This document shows, piece by piece, positions 17,292 through 25,696 of a stretch of 46,504 nt of DNA. Source of the stretch: Deltaproteobacteria bacterium (lineage in GTDB: Bacteria > Desulfobacterota_D > UBA1144 > Nemesobacterales > UBA2774); assembly GCA_029262255.1 (NCBI GenBank), contig JAJCZT010000017.1:1-46504 (forward strand), written 5' to 3'. How positions within the stretch are numbered: the stretch's first letter is position 1; every line of letters begins with the position of its first letter. The notes under the pieces were generated by a model. It was not told the DNA's origin, made no database searches, and worked only from the letters and a program-made list of their open reading frames with translations. The translations under genes and the position numbers were made by a program.

Positions 17292-18314
17292 ATGGAAGAA
17301 AGAATAGTGACTGGTACAAACCAGGAGGACGATACACTCTTTGATGTAAATCTCAGACCTAAGCGTTTAACTGAATATTTGGGTCAAAGTAAAGTAAAAG
17401 AAAAGATCAATATATTTATTGAAGCGACTAAGCGCAGGAAAGAGGCTCTTGATCACGTCCTTCTTTACGGCCCCCCCGGGTTAGGTAAAACAACCCTTGC
17501 CCACATCGTTGCCAACGAGCTTGGGGTTAGGATCTACTCCACCTCCGGGCCTGTGGTTGAACGCGTAGGCGATCTTGCCTCAATTCTCACCAATCTAAAC
17601 GATAGAGACGTTTTATTCATAGATGAAATACACCGCCTCAACCGCATTGTTGAGGAGTATCTATACTCCGCCATGGAAGATTTCAAAATAGATATCATGA
17701 TAGGCGAGGGCCCGACGGCAAAATCCATGAAGGTCAGCGTAAATCAGTTTACTCTCATAGGGGCTACTACTAGAACAGGTCTACTGACGTCACCGCTGCG
17801 CTCCAGATTCGGTGTCGATTTAAGACTGGACTATTACACATCTGAAGAGATTAACGGAATATTGGAGCGCTCGGCCAACATTCTCGGAGTGGAACTGACG
17901 GATGAAGGAGCGTTGGAGCTATCGGGCCGCGCAAGAGGGACTCCCAGGATTGCAAACAGGATTTTAAAAAGGGTCAGGGATTATGCTGAGGTTAAAGCAG
18001 ACGGTGTAATAGATTTGGATGTAGCGGGATCAGCGCTTGAGATGCTGGAGGTTGACTCTTTGGGGCTGGACGGTTTGGACCGAGCCATACTTGAGGCCAT
18101 AATAGAAAAGTTTAACGGTGGCCCCGTGGGTATTGATACGCTTGCCGCTGCTGTCAGTGAAGAGAAGGATACAATTGAAGATGTTTATGAGCCGTTTTTA
18201 GTAAGACAGGGTCTTCTTGTAAAAACTCCCCGCGGAAGGGCTGCTACACCGCTTGCCTACGATCATTTAAAGATAGCCCATCCTCAAATGCAAAAAGGCC
18301 TATTCGCTAAATAG
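17292..18314 (+). CDS. ruvB: Holliday junction DNA helicase RuvB
   Basis: It has the Walker A motif GPPGLGKTT, the Walker B motif LFIDEIHRL, and RGTPRIANR. Confidence 0.95.
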   Translation: MEERIVTGTNQEDDTLFDVNLRPKRLTEYLGQSKVKEKINIFIEATKRRKEALDHVLLYGPPGLGKTTLAHIVANELGVRIYSTSGPVVERVGDLASILTNLNDRDVLFIDEIHRLNRIVEEYLYSAMEDFKIDIMIGEGPTAKSMKVSVNQFTLIGATTRTGLLTSPLRSRFGVDLRLDYYTSEEINGILERSANILGVELTDEGALELSGRARGTPRIANRILKRVRDYAEVKADGVIDLDVAGSALEMLEVDSLGLDGLDRAILEAIIEKFNGGPVGIDTLAAAVSEEKDTIEDVYEPFLVRQGLLVKTPRGRAATPLAYDHLKIAHPQMQKGLFAK

Positions 18315-18319
18315 ACCGC

Positions 18320-18763
18320 TTATTTCTGTAAGGGAACCTCTCTGATAAATTCATCCCAGTGTGACTCAGTTATTGCGTCAATTTCTTTTCTCGGAGCTTT
18401 ATATCCACCTTCCCCCGGGAATAGTTTGTCATACACCACGTCCCTTAACTCAAGCCACTTGTCCACGGCATCGTAATTCTTAAACGCGACCACGGTTTTA
18501 TAAGTCCAGTGCGGGTTCAGAGTGTGGAGTCTTTGAGAGTAGAGTTTGTATTCGCCGACTATTATTCCTCTTTTTTGCATCTCGCTCCAAAAAGGATATA
18601 GCTTTTCTCTGTAAACCTTAAGGAATTTCTCGGTATTCTCCGACTTGACTACGTAAAAGCTTTCCTCAATAACGAGCTTATATCTATCATCTTGGCTGTA
18701 AGATGCCGTCACTCCTGAAAATAGAATTGTTAATATCAGAATAGATTGAATAATTTTCTTCAT
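18320..18763 (-). CDS. secreted hypothetical protein
   Basis: A signal peptide is present (MKKIIQSILILTILFSGVTASYSQ). No family was recognised. It is convergent with ruvB across a 5-nt gap. Confidence 0.6.
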   Translation of the reverse strand: MKKIIQSILILTILFSGVTASYSQDDRYKLVIEESFYVVKSENTEKFLKVYREKLYPFWSEMQKRGIIVGEYKLYSQRLHTLNPHWTYKTVVAFKNYDAVDKWLELRDVVYDKLFPGEGGYKAPRKEIDAITESHWDEFIREVPLQK

Positions 18764-18995
18764 ACCTCACCTCTCAAGTATCGTTATCGGTATTCTATAT
18801 TGTTTTGCACAATATTACATTTAATTGCATAAATCTAGCAGTTTCATTGCTTGGCGGCTAAATATATTATTGCTTTTGCGCTGTATGTATGGAAAACTTA
18901 GATCAAACCTTAAATGCAGCTCATATGTATATAAAATCAGACAAATTAGTATCTGTTCAAGTCCGAAATCTAACTTATCAGCAGGTTAAAACAAT

Positions 18996-19760
18996 ATGAC
19001 AAACTGGATATATTTCGTGTTACAGATTCCACCCGGTTCTGAAGCGGAGCAAATTAAAATACTAAGCCTCGTTAGCCAGGCTGGCCCTGTTGTAAAAGCT
19101 GTGCTTTTGATTCTTCTTTTAATGTCCGTAATTTCCTGGGCAATCATTTTCTCGAAATATTTTGTTTTAAGAAAAGCAACGAGAAGGTCTGAAAAGTTTT
19201 TGGAGCTCTATAGCGCAAGCGGCAATTTCGGCAACCTTTATACCTCTACAAAGCATATGAGCGGGCCAATTGCCGAAGTGTTTAGAGCTGGTTACATGGA
19301 GATACTCAAGATTAGAAAATCCAGATCCGCCGGCACAGCTCAAGATACGGAACCTGGAAGCAATCCTGAAATGATTGATACCGAGCTTGGGGTTGTAGAG
19401 CTTGTAGAAAGGGCTTTGAAGAGAACAATGTCATCTGAAATATCAAAGCTTGAGGGTTCTCTCACTTTTCTGGCAACTACCGGAAGCGCCGCTCCATTTA
19501 TTGGTCTCTTCGGAACTGTATGGGGAATTATGACTTCATTTATAGGGCTTGCGGGAAGCCAGGGAGTCCCTACTCTCCAGGCTGTAGCTCCAGGTATTGC
19601 TGAGGCCCTCATCGCCACAGCGGTTGGCTTGGTTGCCGCCATACCGGCTGTTATTGCATACAACTATTTTTTAAGCAGAGTGAAGAAGATAGATGTGGAC
19701 ATGGAGAATTTCTCATCAGAATTTTTAAATATTGTAGATAGATATGTTAAAAGAGTATAG
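18996..19760 (+). CDS. tolQ: Tol-Pal system protein TolQ (MotA/TolQ/ExbB proton channel)
   Basis: Motifs SWAIIFSKY, TTGSAAPFIGLFGTVWGIM and AEALIATAVGLVAAIPAVIAYNYF are present. Confidence 0.85.
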   Translation: MTNWIYFVLQIPPGSEAEQIKILSLVSQAGPVVKAVLLILLLMSVISWAIIFSKYFVLRKATRRSEKFLELYSASGNFGNLYTSTKHMSGPIAEVFRAGYMEILKIRKSRSAGTAQDTEPGSNPEMIDTELGVVELVERALKRTMSSEISKLEGSLTFLATTGSAAPFIGLFGTVWGIMTSFIGLAGSQGVPTLQAVAPGIAEALIATAVGLVAAIPAVIAYNYFLSRVKKIDVDMENFSSEFLNIVDRYVKRV

Positions 19761-19770
19761 AGAGCAATAA

Positions 19771-20211
19771 ATGGGAATGCAGACAAATAATGGAGGCGGA
19801 CGTACTGTCTTATCAGAGATCAACGTTACCCCCTTTGTTGATGTAATGCTTGTTCTTTTGGTGATATTTATGGTTACCACTCCAATACTATACCAAGGGG
19901 TCGATGTGAATTTGCCCAAAACGGATTCCCGGCCGATGCCTTCTTTAGACCGTGAGAGGAAAGTTGTAGTGACGCTTAATTCAAGCGGGACAATCTTTAT
20001 AGAAAAACAAGAGTATTCTCTCTCTGAGCTTAGAATCGAAGTCCGAAAGCTCATGTCGGAGAGAGGGAAAGATGTAAGAAATGAAGATGTGTTCCTTAGA
20101 GCCGATACGAGTGTTCCTTACGGCACTGTTGTTGAGGTGATGTCTGAGATTCGAAATGCGGGTGTTACCAAGCTAGGCCTCATAACTGAGCCCGTTCCAA
20201 AAAATAATTAG
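19771..20211 (+). CDS. tolR: TolR (ExbD/TolR family)
   Basis: It has the motif EINVTPFVDVMLVLLVIFMV with the conserved Asp in a single TM segment, and FLRADTSVPYGTVVEVM. Confidence 0.85.
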   Translation: MGMQTNNGGGRTVLSEINVTPFVDVMLVLLVIFMVTTPILYQGVDVNLPKTDSRPMPSLDRERKVVVTLNSSGTIFIEKQEYSLSELRIEVRKLMSERGKDVRNEDVFLRADTSVPYGTVVEVMSEIRNAGVTKLGLITEPVPKNN

Positions 20212-20225
20212 AGCTATGTGGGAAA

Positions 20226-21263
20226 ATGAAACCGTCTAAAAAAGACTCTTCTAAAGGCTTGGGGATGTTCTTCTCAATTGCGCTGCACGTTGGTGTCGTA
20301 GTGCTGATTCTCTATTGGGGATTCAGTGGAACTTCTCAGTACAGCAGTACCCCCGGCCCTATACAGGTGTCTCTTTCCGGTCTGGAAACCGGAGGGTCAA
20401 CGAGCTCGAATCCACCACCCGCTAAAAAAGCAGCACCTAAGCCTAAACCTAAACCTCCGGAGCCTAAGAAAGTTGAAGAGAAAGAAGAAATAGTTAAAGA
20501 AGAGCCGGAGCCACCTCCTGCTGAAAAGAAAGAGCCTGAGAAAAAAGAAATAGTTAAAGAGAAACCCAAGAAGGAAGAACCCAAGAAAGAGGTTGTTCCC
20601 TTAGAACCGGAGGAAGAAAAGAAAGAGGTTGCTAAAAAGCCTGACCCTACAGCCAAACCAGAACCTAAACCTACGCCAAAACCTACACCAAAACCGACGG
20701 ATAAACCTAAGCCTAAGCCAACAAAGAAGCCGGCAAAGAAAAAGGACTTTGAAAAAGAAAAAGATAGAATATTAAAGGATATCCAAAGGCAGAAAGTGCT
20801 TGATGAGCTTAAAAAGGATAAATCAGACGTCCAAGAACCTTCGGATCAAATAGAGGAGGAGATGGGGGAAGAGCAGAGACTTGCAATGGCGGATGATATA
20901 AAGAGGGGAGGGGAGTCGGAGTCAGAAGGAAATGCGGTTCAGAGTTCAAGCGGTGGCTCCTCAATAAGCCCTGTAATCATTCAATTATATGTCGGCCAGG
21001 TACATAGAAAAATAAGCCGCCACTGGACAATCCCCCCGGGTGTGCCTACCGATGGAGGGCTTGCGGCATCCATATCTTTTAAAGTTGACGGAAGCGGACG
21101 GGTTAGTGATGTAGCAGTAAAAGAGTCATCGGGAAATTCCGTTTTTGATAATTATTGCAAGCAGGCAATTAATAGATCCGCCCCGTTTCCTCCGCCTCCG
21201 CCTGAGCTTGCCGAGGAAGCTAAAAATAAGGGGATAGAACTTACCTGCAGAAATGATCTTTAA
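20226..21263 (+). CDS. tolA: TolA-like protein (TolA/TonB C-terminal domain)
   Basis: It has an N-terminal TM segment and a long Lys/Pro/Glu linker (KPEPKPTPKPTPKPTDKPKPKP). The C-terminal domain carries KESSGNSVFDNYCKQAINRSAPFPPPP. Confidence 0.75.
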   Translation: MKPSKKDSSKGLGMFFSIALHVGVVVLILYWGFSGTSQYSSTPGPIQVSLSGLETGGSTSSNPPPAKKAAPKPKPKPPEPKKVEEKEEIVKEEPEPPPAEKKEPEKKEIVKEKPKKEEPKKEVVPLEPEEEKKEVAKKPDPTAKPEPKPTPKPTPKPTDKPKPKPTKKPAKKKDFEKEKDRILKDIQRQKVLDELKKDKSDVQEPSDQIEEEMGEEQRLAMADDIKRGGESESEGNAVQSSSGGSSISPVIIQLYVGQVHRKISRHWTIPPGVPTDGGLAASISFKVDGSGRVSDVAVKESSGNSVFDNYCKQAINRSAPFPPPPPELAEEAKNKGIELTCRNDL

Positions 21264-21341
21264 CGCTTAGAGGTTTCAATGGTTAAGAATTTCAATGGTT
21301 AGAGATTTGAGACTGTATGTATATTTTTTTTGGAGCAAACA

Positions 21342-21977
21342 ATGAACCTCATCCTCATACGTCATGGAGAAACCGACTGGAACAGAATTGGCCGCTGCCA
21401 GGGAGTGGCCGACATAGTCTTAAATGAAAATGGGAAAAAACAGGCAAGAGAGTTGGCCGAGTCTCTTAAAAATCACGATATCACGGCGGTATATTCCAGT
21501 AATCTAAAAAGGGCGCATGAGACCGCCAAAGAGATTGCCAAACATCATAACCTTTCGGTACGAGTGGACCCCGGGCTTCAGGAAATGAACCAGGGAGATT
21601 TGGAGGGGCTTACTTTTCCCGCGATTAGAGAGAGATATGTAGAAGTGCTTAAAAACTGGAGAGAAAGCCCTGAGACGCTAAGGCTTCCCAACGGGGAGTC
21701 GTTAATTGAAGTGCAGCAACGAGCTTGGGAAGCGTTTGAAAAGGTACATAAGCTTCATCTTGGGGAAACAGTCGTAGCGGTAAGTCACAACCTCACTATT
21801 ATCACTTTATTATGCAAGATTACAGGTGTGGGTTTAAAGGGTTTTAGAGACTTTGATATCCATGCTACCTCTAAAAACGTTATAGTCTCAGAAGACGGTC
21901 TTGTTAGGGTCGATGTCATAAATGATATATCGCATCTGTCTCCAATGGAATCTGTCCCCTCTTTTGAGTCACGGTAA
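21342..21977 (+). CDS. histidine phosphatase family protein (phosphoglycerate mutase / CobC-like)
   Basis: It has LILIRHGETDWN with the catalytic RHG motif, and VAVSHN further along. The start is set at ATG 21342, with GGAG 7 nt upstream, rather than TTG 21330. Confidence 0.8.
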   Translation: MNLILIRHGETDWNRIGRCQGVADIVLNENGKKQARELAESLKNHDITAVYSSNLKRAHETAKEIAKHHNLSVRVDPGLQEMNQGDLEGLTFPAIRERYVEVLKNWRESPETLRLPNGESLIEVQQRAWEAFEKVHKLHLGETVVAVSHNLTIITLLCKITGVGLKGFRDFDIHATSKNVIVSEDGLVRVDVINDISHLSPMESVPSFESR

Positions 21978-22085
21978 CAATGTTCTCAAAAATGCATTCA
22001 TAATTAAATATCCGGCCGGTTATTAGATTGTGTCTGTCCATCTTCTTGTAACATGAAAAATTATGTGGTGTAATTCCATACCAAT

Positions 22086-23762
22086 ATGAAAGAAGACATC
22101 CAAAGAGTAGTATCGCAATCAATTGAAAACATTTCAAAGACTCTCGACATTGCGGATCTGGCAGTTGTTGTGGAAGTAGGGATACCCAAGAGAAAAGATT
22201 TCGGCGATTTTTCTGTTAATACGGCCATGGTGATTGCCAACAAGATCGGCAAAAAACCACGTGAAGTGGCTGAGCTTATTATTGAGAACCTTCCTGTGGA
22301 GAAAGAACAGCTATTTAAAAAAGTAGAGATTGCGGGCGCCGGATTCATTAATTTTCATGTAAAAGAAGAGGCGATTGTAAACAAACTAAGAGAAATTGAG
22401 GAGAATGGGGAGAGGTTCGGAACCAGCGACCTGGGGAAAGGAGAAAGGGTTCTTGTGGAGTTTGTAAGCGCCAACCCTACCGGCTTTCTTCATATAGGCC
22501 ACGCCCGAAACGCTGTTGTCGGAGACGCCGTGTCCAGAATACTTGATGCGTCAGGCTATGATGTAGTGAAGGAATTTTACATCAACGACTCCGGGAGACA
22601 GATGAATCTTCTTGGCGAGTCGGTCCTTATAAGATACAAAGAACTTTTTGAACAAAACCAGGACCTGCCCGAGGACGGCTATAAAGGTGAATATGTTAAG
22701 GATATTGCCTCCCAAATTAAAGCTGAAAAAGGGGACTCCCTTCTTGAGGATTCTTCGGAGCAAGCCTCTGAGTATTGCAAAGAATTTGCAGAAGCAGTCT
22801 TGTTAGACGAAATAAAAAAAGATTTGGCCGATATTAATATATTTTTCGATGAGTGGTATAGCGAGAAAGAGAATATTCGCGGAGCTGTGGGAGAGTCAGA
22901 CGGCAGCAAGCTTGATCAAATTAAGGATCTTCTAAATAGCAAAGGGGTGCTTGAGCAAAGAGAGGGAGCGCTATGGTTTAAGGCAACAGAATTTGGAGAC
23001 GCCCAGGATTGGGTCCTTATTAAGAGTGATGGAAGCCCGACGTATTTTCTAGCCGATATCGCTTATCATTATGATAAATTCAAGCGAGGATTCAAGAGCA
23101 TTATTAACGTATGGGGTGCCGACCACCACGGACATGTGTCCCGTCTTAAAGCGGCACTAAGATCCTTGGGATTGGATGACTCACGTTTCAGCGTTGTACT
23201 TATTCAGTTTGTAAGACTTATGAGGCAGGGCAAAGAAGTTGCCATGTCAAAACGTGCCGGCACTTATGTTACGATGCGGGATGTTGTAGATGAAGTGGGT
23301 TCAGATGTAACGCGTTTTTTCCTTTTGATGCGCAGCTCTGAAAGTCATCTGGACTTTGATCTCGATTTGGCAAAGAAGGAGTCCAGTGAAAATCCGGTCT
23401 ATTATATCCAGTACGCTCACGCCAGAATTAGGAGTATATTTAGAAAAGCTGGCGAGACGGGCATAGTAGAATCAAAAGAACATTTAGAGCTCCTAAAAGC
23501 GCCTGAAGAAATTGAGCTTGTTAAGAAGCTCCTTCTTTTCCCCGAAGTAGTAGAGGATAGCGCTCAGGCCAGGGCCCCTCATAAGCTCGCCTATTACCTC
23601 CAGGAAGTAGCATCTGAATTCCATGTGTATTATAATAAATGCAGAGTGGTAGATGATGATCGTCAAATGAGCGGTGCAAGGCTTTATTTGATTAGTTGCG
23701 TACAGACAGTGCTCAGCAATGGGCTTAAGCTCCTTGGAATTTCCGCTCCGGAGAGGATGTAG
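22086..23762 (+). CDS. argS: arginine--tRNA ligase
   Basis: The class I HIGH region is SANPTGFLHIGHARN and the KMSKS-like motif is AMSKRAG. The C-terminal anticodon-binding domain ends with ...PERM. Confidence 0.95.
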   Translation: MKEDIQRVVSQSIENISKTLDIADLAVVVEVGIPKRKDFGDFSVNTAMVIANKIGKKPREVAELIIENLPVEKEQLFKKVEIAGAGFINFHVKEEAIVNKLREIEENGERFGTSDLGKGERVLVEFVSANPTGFLHIGHARNAVVGDAVSRILDASGYDVVKEFYINDSGRQMNLLGESVLIRYKELFEQNQDLPEDGYKGEYVKDIASQIKAEKGDSLLEDSSEQASEYCKEFAEAVLLDEIKKDLADINIFFDEWYSEKENIRGAVGESDGSKLDQIKDLLNSKGVLEQREGALWFKATEFGDAQDWVLIKSDGSPTYFLADIAYHYDKFKRGFKSIINVWGADHHGHVSRLKAALRSLGLDDSRFSVVLIQFVRLMRQGKEVAMSKRAGTYVTMRDVVDEVGSDVTRFFLLMRSSESHLDFDLDLAKKESSENPVYYIQYAHARIRSIFRKAGETGIVESKEHLELLKAPEEIELVKKLLLFPEVVEDSAQARAPHKLAYYLQEVASEFHVYYNKCRVVDDDRQMSGARLYLISCVQTVLSNGLKLLGISAPERM

Positions 23763-23765
23763 TAA

Positions 23766-24578
23766 ATGAGCAATAACTCAGAACCGACAAATAGTAAGAC
23801 AGTATCGCTTTTCGTAACATTCGTAATTTTATTTATAGTTGTTTTTAGATTGGGTGTTATTATAGGCAAGGGTTTAGGGGGCCCGGATACTCCTGTTATC
23901 GATAGGAGTTACGAGGAGGAAGTGTTTTCAGAAGAATCTACAGAATCGGAGATGACAAGTGAAGGCCCGGTAGTTCAAGACTCAGAGCTTACAGAGACAG
24001 GGTCCGATGGTTTGATTTTAAATGAAGAGACTGAGACAGAGCCTGATGATTTAATTTTAAGTGAAGAGACTGAGACAGAGCCTGATGGCGTTGATAAGCA
24101 AAGTGCTGTTGATAAGACCGAAGTACCTGAGATGGCTGATGAGGCTGATATAGATACACCCTCGGGGAAACCCCAGTCCGGCGAATTAACTGGCGAATTA
24201 ACAAAGGAGCCCGTCTCCGACTCAAAAGAAGAAATAGAAGAGAAGCAGTCCCCCGGAGTTAGTCTTGAAGAATCACCATTAGAGGATCAAGATAGAACTC
24301 CAGATGAAAGTCCTTTGCCGACAATTGATCCCGGCGGTCAGTACACTGTTCAGATAGGGGCGTTTCGAACTCAAAGTCAGGCAAATATGGTTCTAAACTC
24401 TATGAAATCAAAAGGCTACCCGGCTTTTATTAAGCATGTGGAGTCCGCGGATAATAAGAACTGGTATAGGGTAAGAGTAGGGACATTTTCTACTAAAGGA
24501 GAAGCTGCTGAGTATGGTAATCTAATAAAGGAAAAAGAATCCGGGATTAAATCCGTATTTATTACTATCAATAATTAA
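23766..24578 (+). CDS. SPOR domain-containing (septal peptidoglycan-binding) protein
   Basis: It has an N-terminal TM segment and an acidic low-complexity linker. The C-terminal SPOR fold is YTVQIGAFRTQSQANMVLNSMKSKGYPAFI...WYRVRVGTFSTKGEA. Confidence 0.85.
   Translation: MSNNSEPTNSKTVSLFVTFVILFIVVFRLGVIIGKGLGGPDTPVIDRSYEEEVFSEESTESEMTSEGPVVQDSELTETGSDGLILNEETETEPDDLILSEETETEPDGVDKQSAVDKTEVPEMADEADIDTPSGKPQSGELTGELTKEPVSDSKEEIEEKQSPGVSLEESPLEDQDRTPDESPLPTIDPGGQYTVQIGAFRTQSQANMVLNSMKSKGYPAFIKHVESADNKNWYRVRVGTFSTKGEAAEYGNLIKEKESGIKSVFITINN
24012..24089 (+). repeat. 2 x 39-bp in-frame tandem repeat inside the SPOR gene
   Basis: 24012-24050 and 24051-24089 differ at 4 positions. They encode LILNEETETEPDD and LILSEETETEPDG. 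Confidence 0.8.
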
Positions 24579-24682
24579 TAGATCTGAAAGTCTATAGGCA
24601 CGAGTCCTTGCCTGGTTACACTAAAACTGATATTGTTATCCCTAATCCGAAGTAGTATTAAGTTATCAAACGAGCTTTTAAA

Positions 24683-25426
24683 ATGACTCAACCAGAAGAA
24701 ATTACACAAAGGTCTAAAAACAAGAAGGGACCGCAATCAACAAAACTCTTGGGTAGCTGGATTAAAACCTGGTGGTTACTCCTAATACTGCCAATAGAGG
24801 ACTATCTCCTGCAAATTAAGGTTCATCCTAATATTCTAACGATCTCCACACTCCTGGTCGGAGCAATAACGGGTCTGGCTTATCATTTCGGATGGATTTT
24901 TGTCGCGGGTATTTTGGTTCTAGGTGGATCGACATTTGATATCTTTGACGGACGAGTTGCTAGAGCCCAGGGTCTCAACAGCGAGCGCGGGGCCTTTTTT
25001 GACTCTTGTCTGGACAGATTTGCAGAGGCGTTTATCTATGTTGGTCTACTTAGTTTCTTTCAGGGAACTATCTTTTTATACGTAGTATTTTTTATTCTTG
25101 TTTCCACGACAATGGTCAGTTACACACGAGCCCGGGCAGAGGGATTGGGGGTAAAGTGTGAAGTAGGTATTATGCAGAGAACAGAGAGGGTGGTTTATCT
25201 CGGCGTTCTCTCGGTATTTAACTTTTTCGGCAACCTGGCTGCAAGTGCCATGGGTTACCATCCGGACAACTATTTACTTAAGCTTGCATTGATACTTATC
25301 CTTGCTTTTTCTTCTTATACCGCTATTCAGAGAATGGTTCATGTCATGCGTACTTTGAGGAAGGGAGAGAATGAAAATAACCCAGAGTCCGAGACTTCCT
25401 CGCAGCCTGAAATTACTCAGTCCTGA
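24683..25426 (+). CDS. CDP-alcohol phosphatidyltransferase family protein
   Basis: The full signature D-x2-D-G-x2-A-R-x8-G-x3-D-x3-D is present as DIFDGRVARAQGLNSERGAFFDSCLD. It is a multi-TM protein. Confidence 0.8.
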   Translation: MTQPEEITQRSKNKKGPQSTKLLGSWIKTWWLLLILPIEDYLLQIKVHPNILTISTLLVGAITGLAYHFGWIFVAGILVLGGSTFDIFDGRVARAQGLNSERGAFFDSCLDRFAEAFIYVGLLSFFQGTIFLYVVFFILVSTTMVSYTRARAEGLGVKCEVGIMQRTERVVYLGVLSVFNFFGNLAASAMGYHPDNYLLKLALILILAFSSYTAIQRMVHVMRTLRKGENENNPESETSSQPEITQS

Positions 25427-25696
25427 GACCCCTTAACAATATCTTGCCACATTTGATAGTTTCTAAATTCTTAGGTATAAATTCATGGCCTAAGTATGCA
25501 TGTTCCTACTCTATAGGCTGAAATATTGTTGTTGTGTAAGTTTCTTAAATTACTCGCAATCTCTTCACATTTAGAAGATTGGGGGCTGTGAATATATATA
25601 AATCAGGGAATTCTGATAACACTGTTCGGCGGCTTTGTTCTATGCTGAATAATAACAAGTTGCAGGTTTCACTTCTATTATGAGAGTTGAAAATTA

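Noticed and set aside
18885-18992. 35-codon ORF (MYGKLRSNLKCSS...) in the tolQ upstream region
   Set aside because: It has no Shine-Dalgarno and no recognisable features, and it lies in an AT-rich promoter region.
20400-20760. Highly repetitive Lys/Pro/Glu-coding DNA (aaacct/aagcct periodicity) that at first looked like a tandem-repeat or CRISPR-like array
   Set aside because: It is the in-frame Pro/Lys/Glu linker (domain II) of TolA. It has no unique spacers and no repeat-spacer architecture.
21978-22085. Possible T-box leader or terminator (near-palindrome aatatCCGGCCGGttatt) upstream of argS
   Set aside because: The region is only 108 nt, far too short for a T-box. The palindrome has no loop and no T-tract.
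25587-25605. ARG-box-like sequence TGTGAATATATATAAATCA upstream of carB
   Set aside because: Only one half-site (TGAAT) matches the TGAAT-N4-ATTCA consensus, and the second half is ATAAA. It cannot be distinguished from AT-rich background without a genome-wide motif model.
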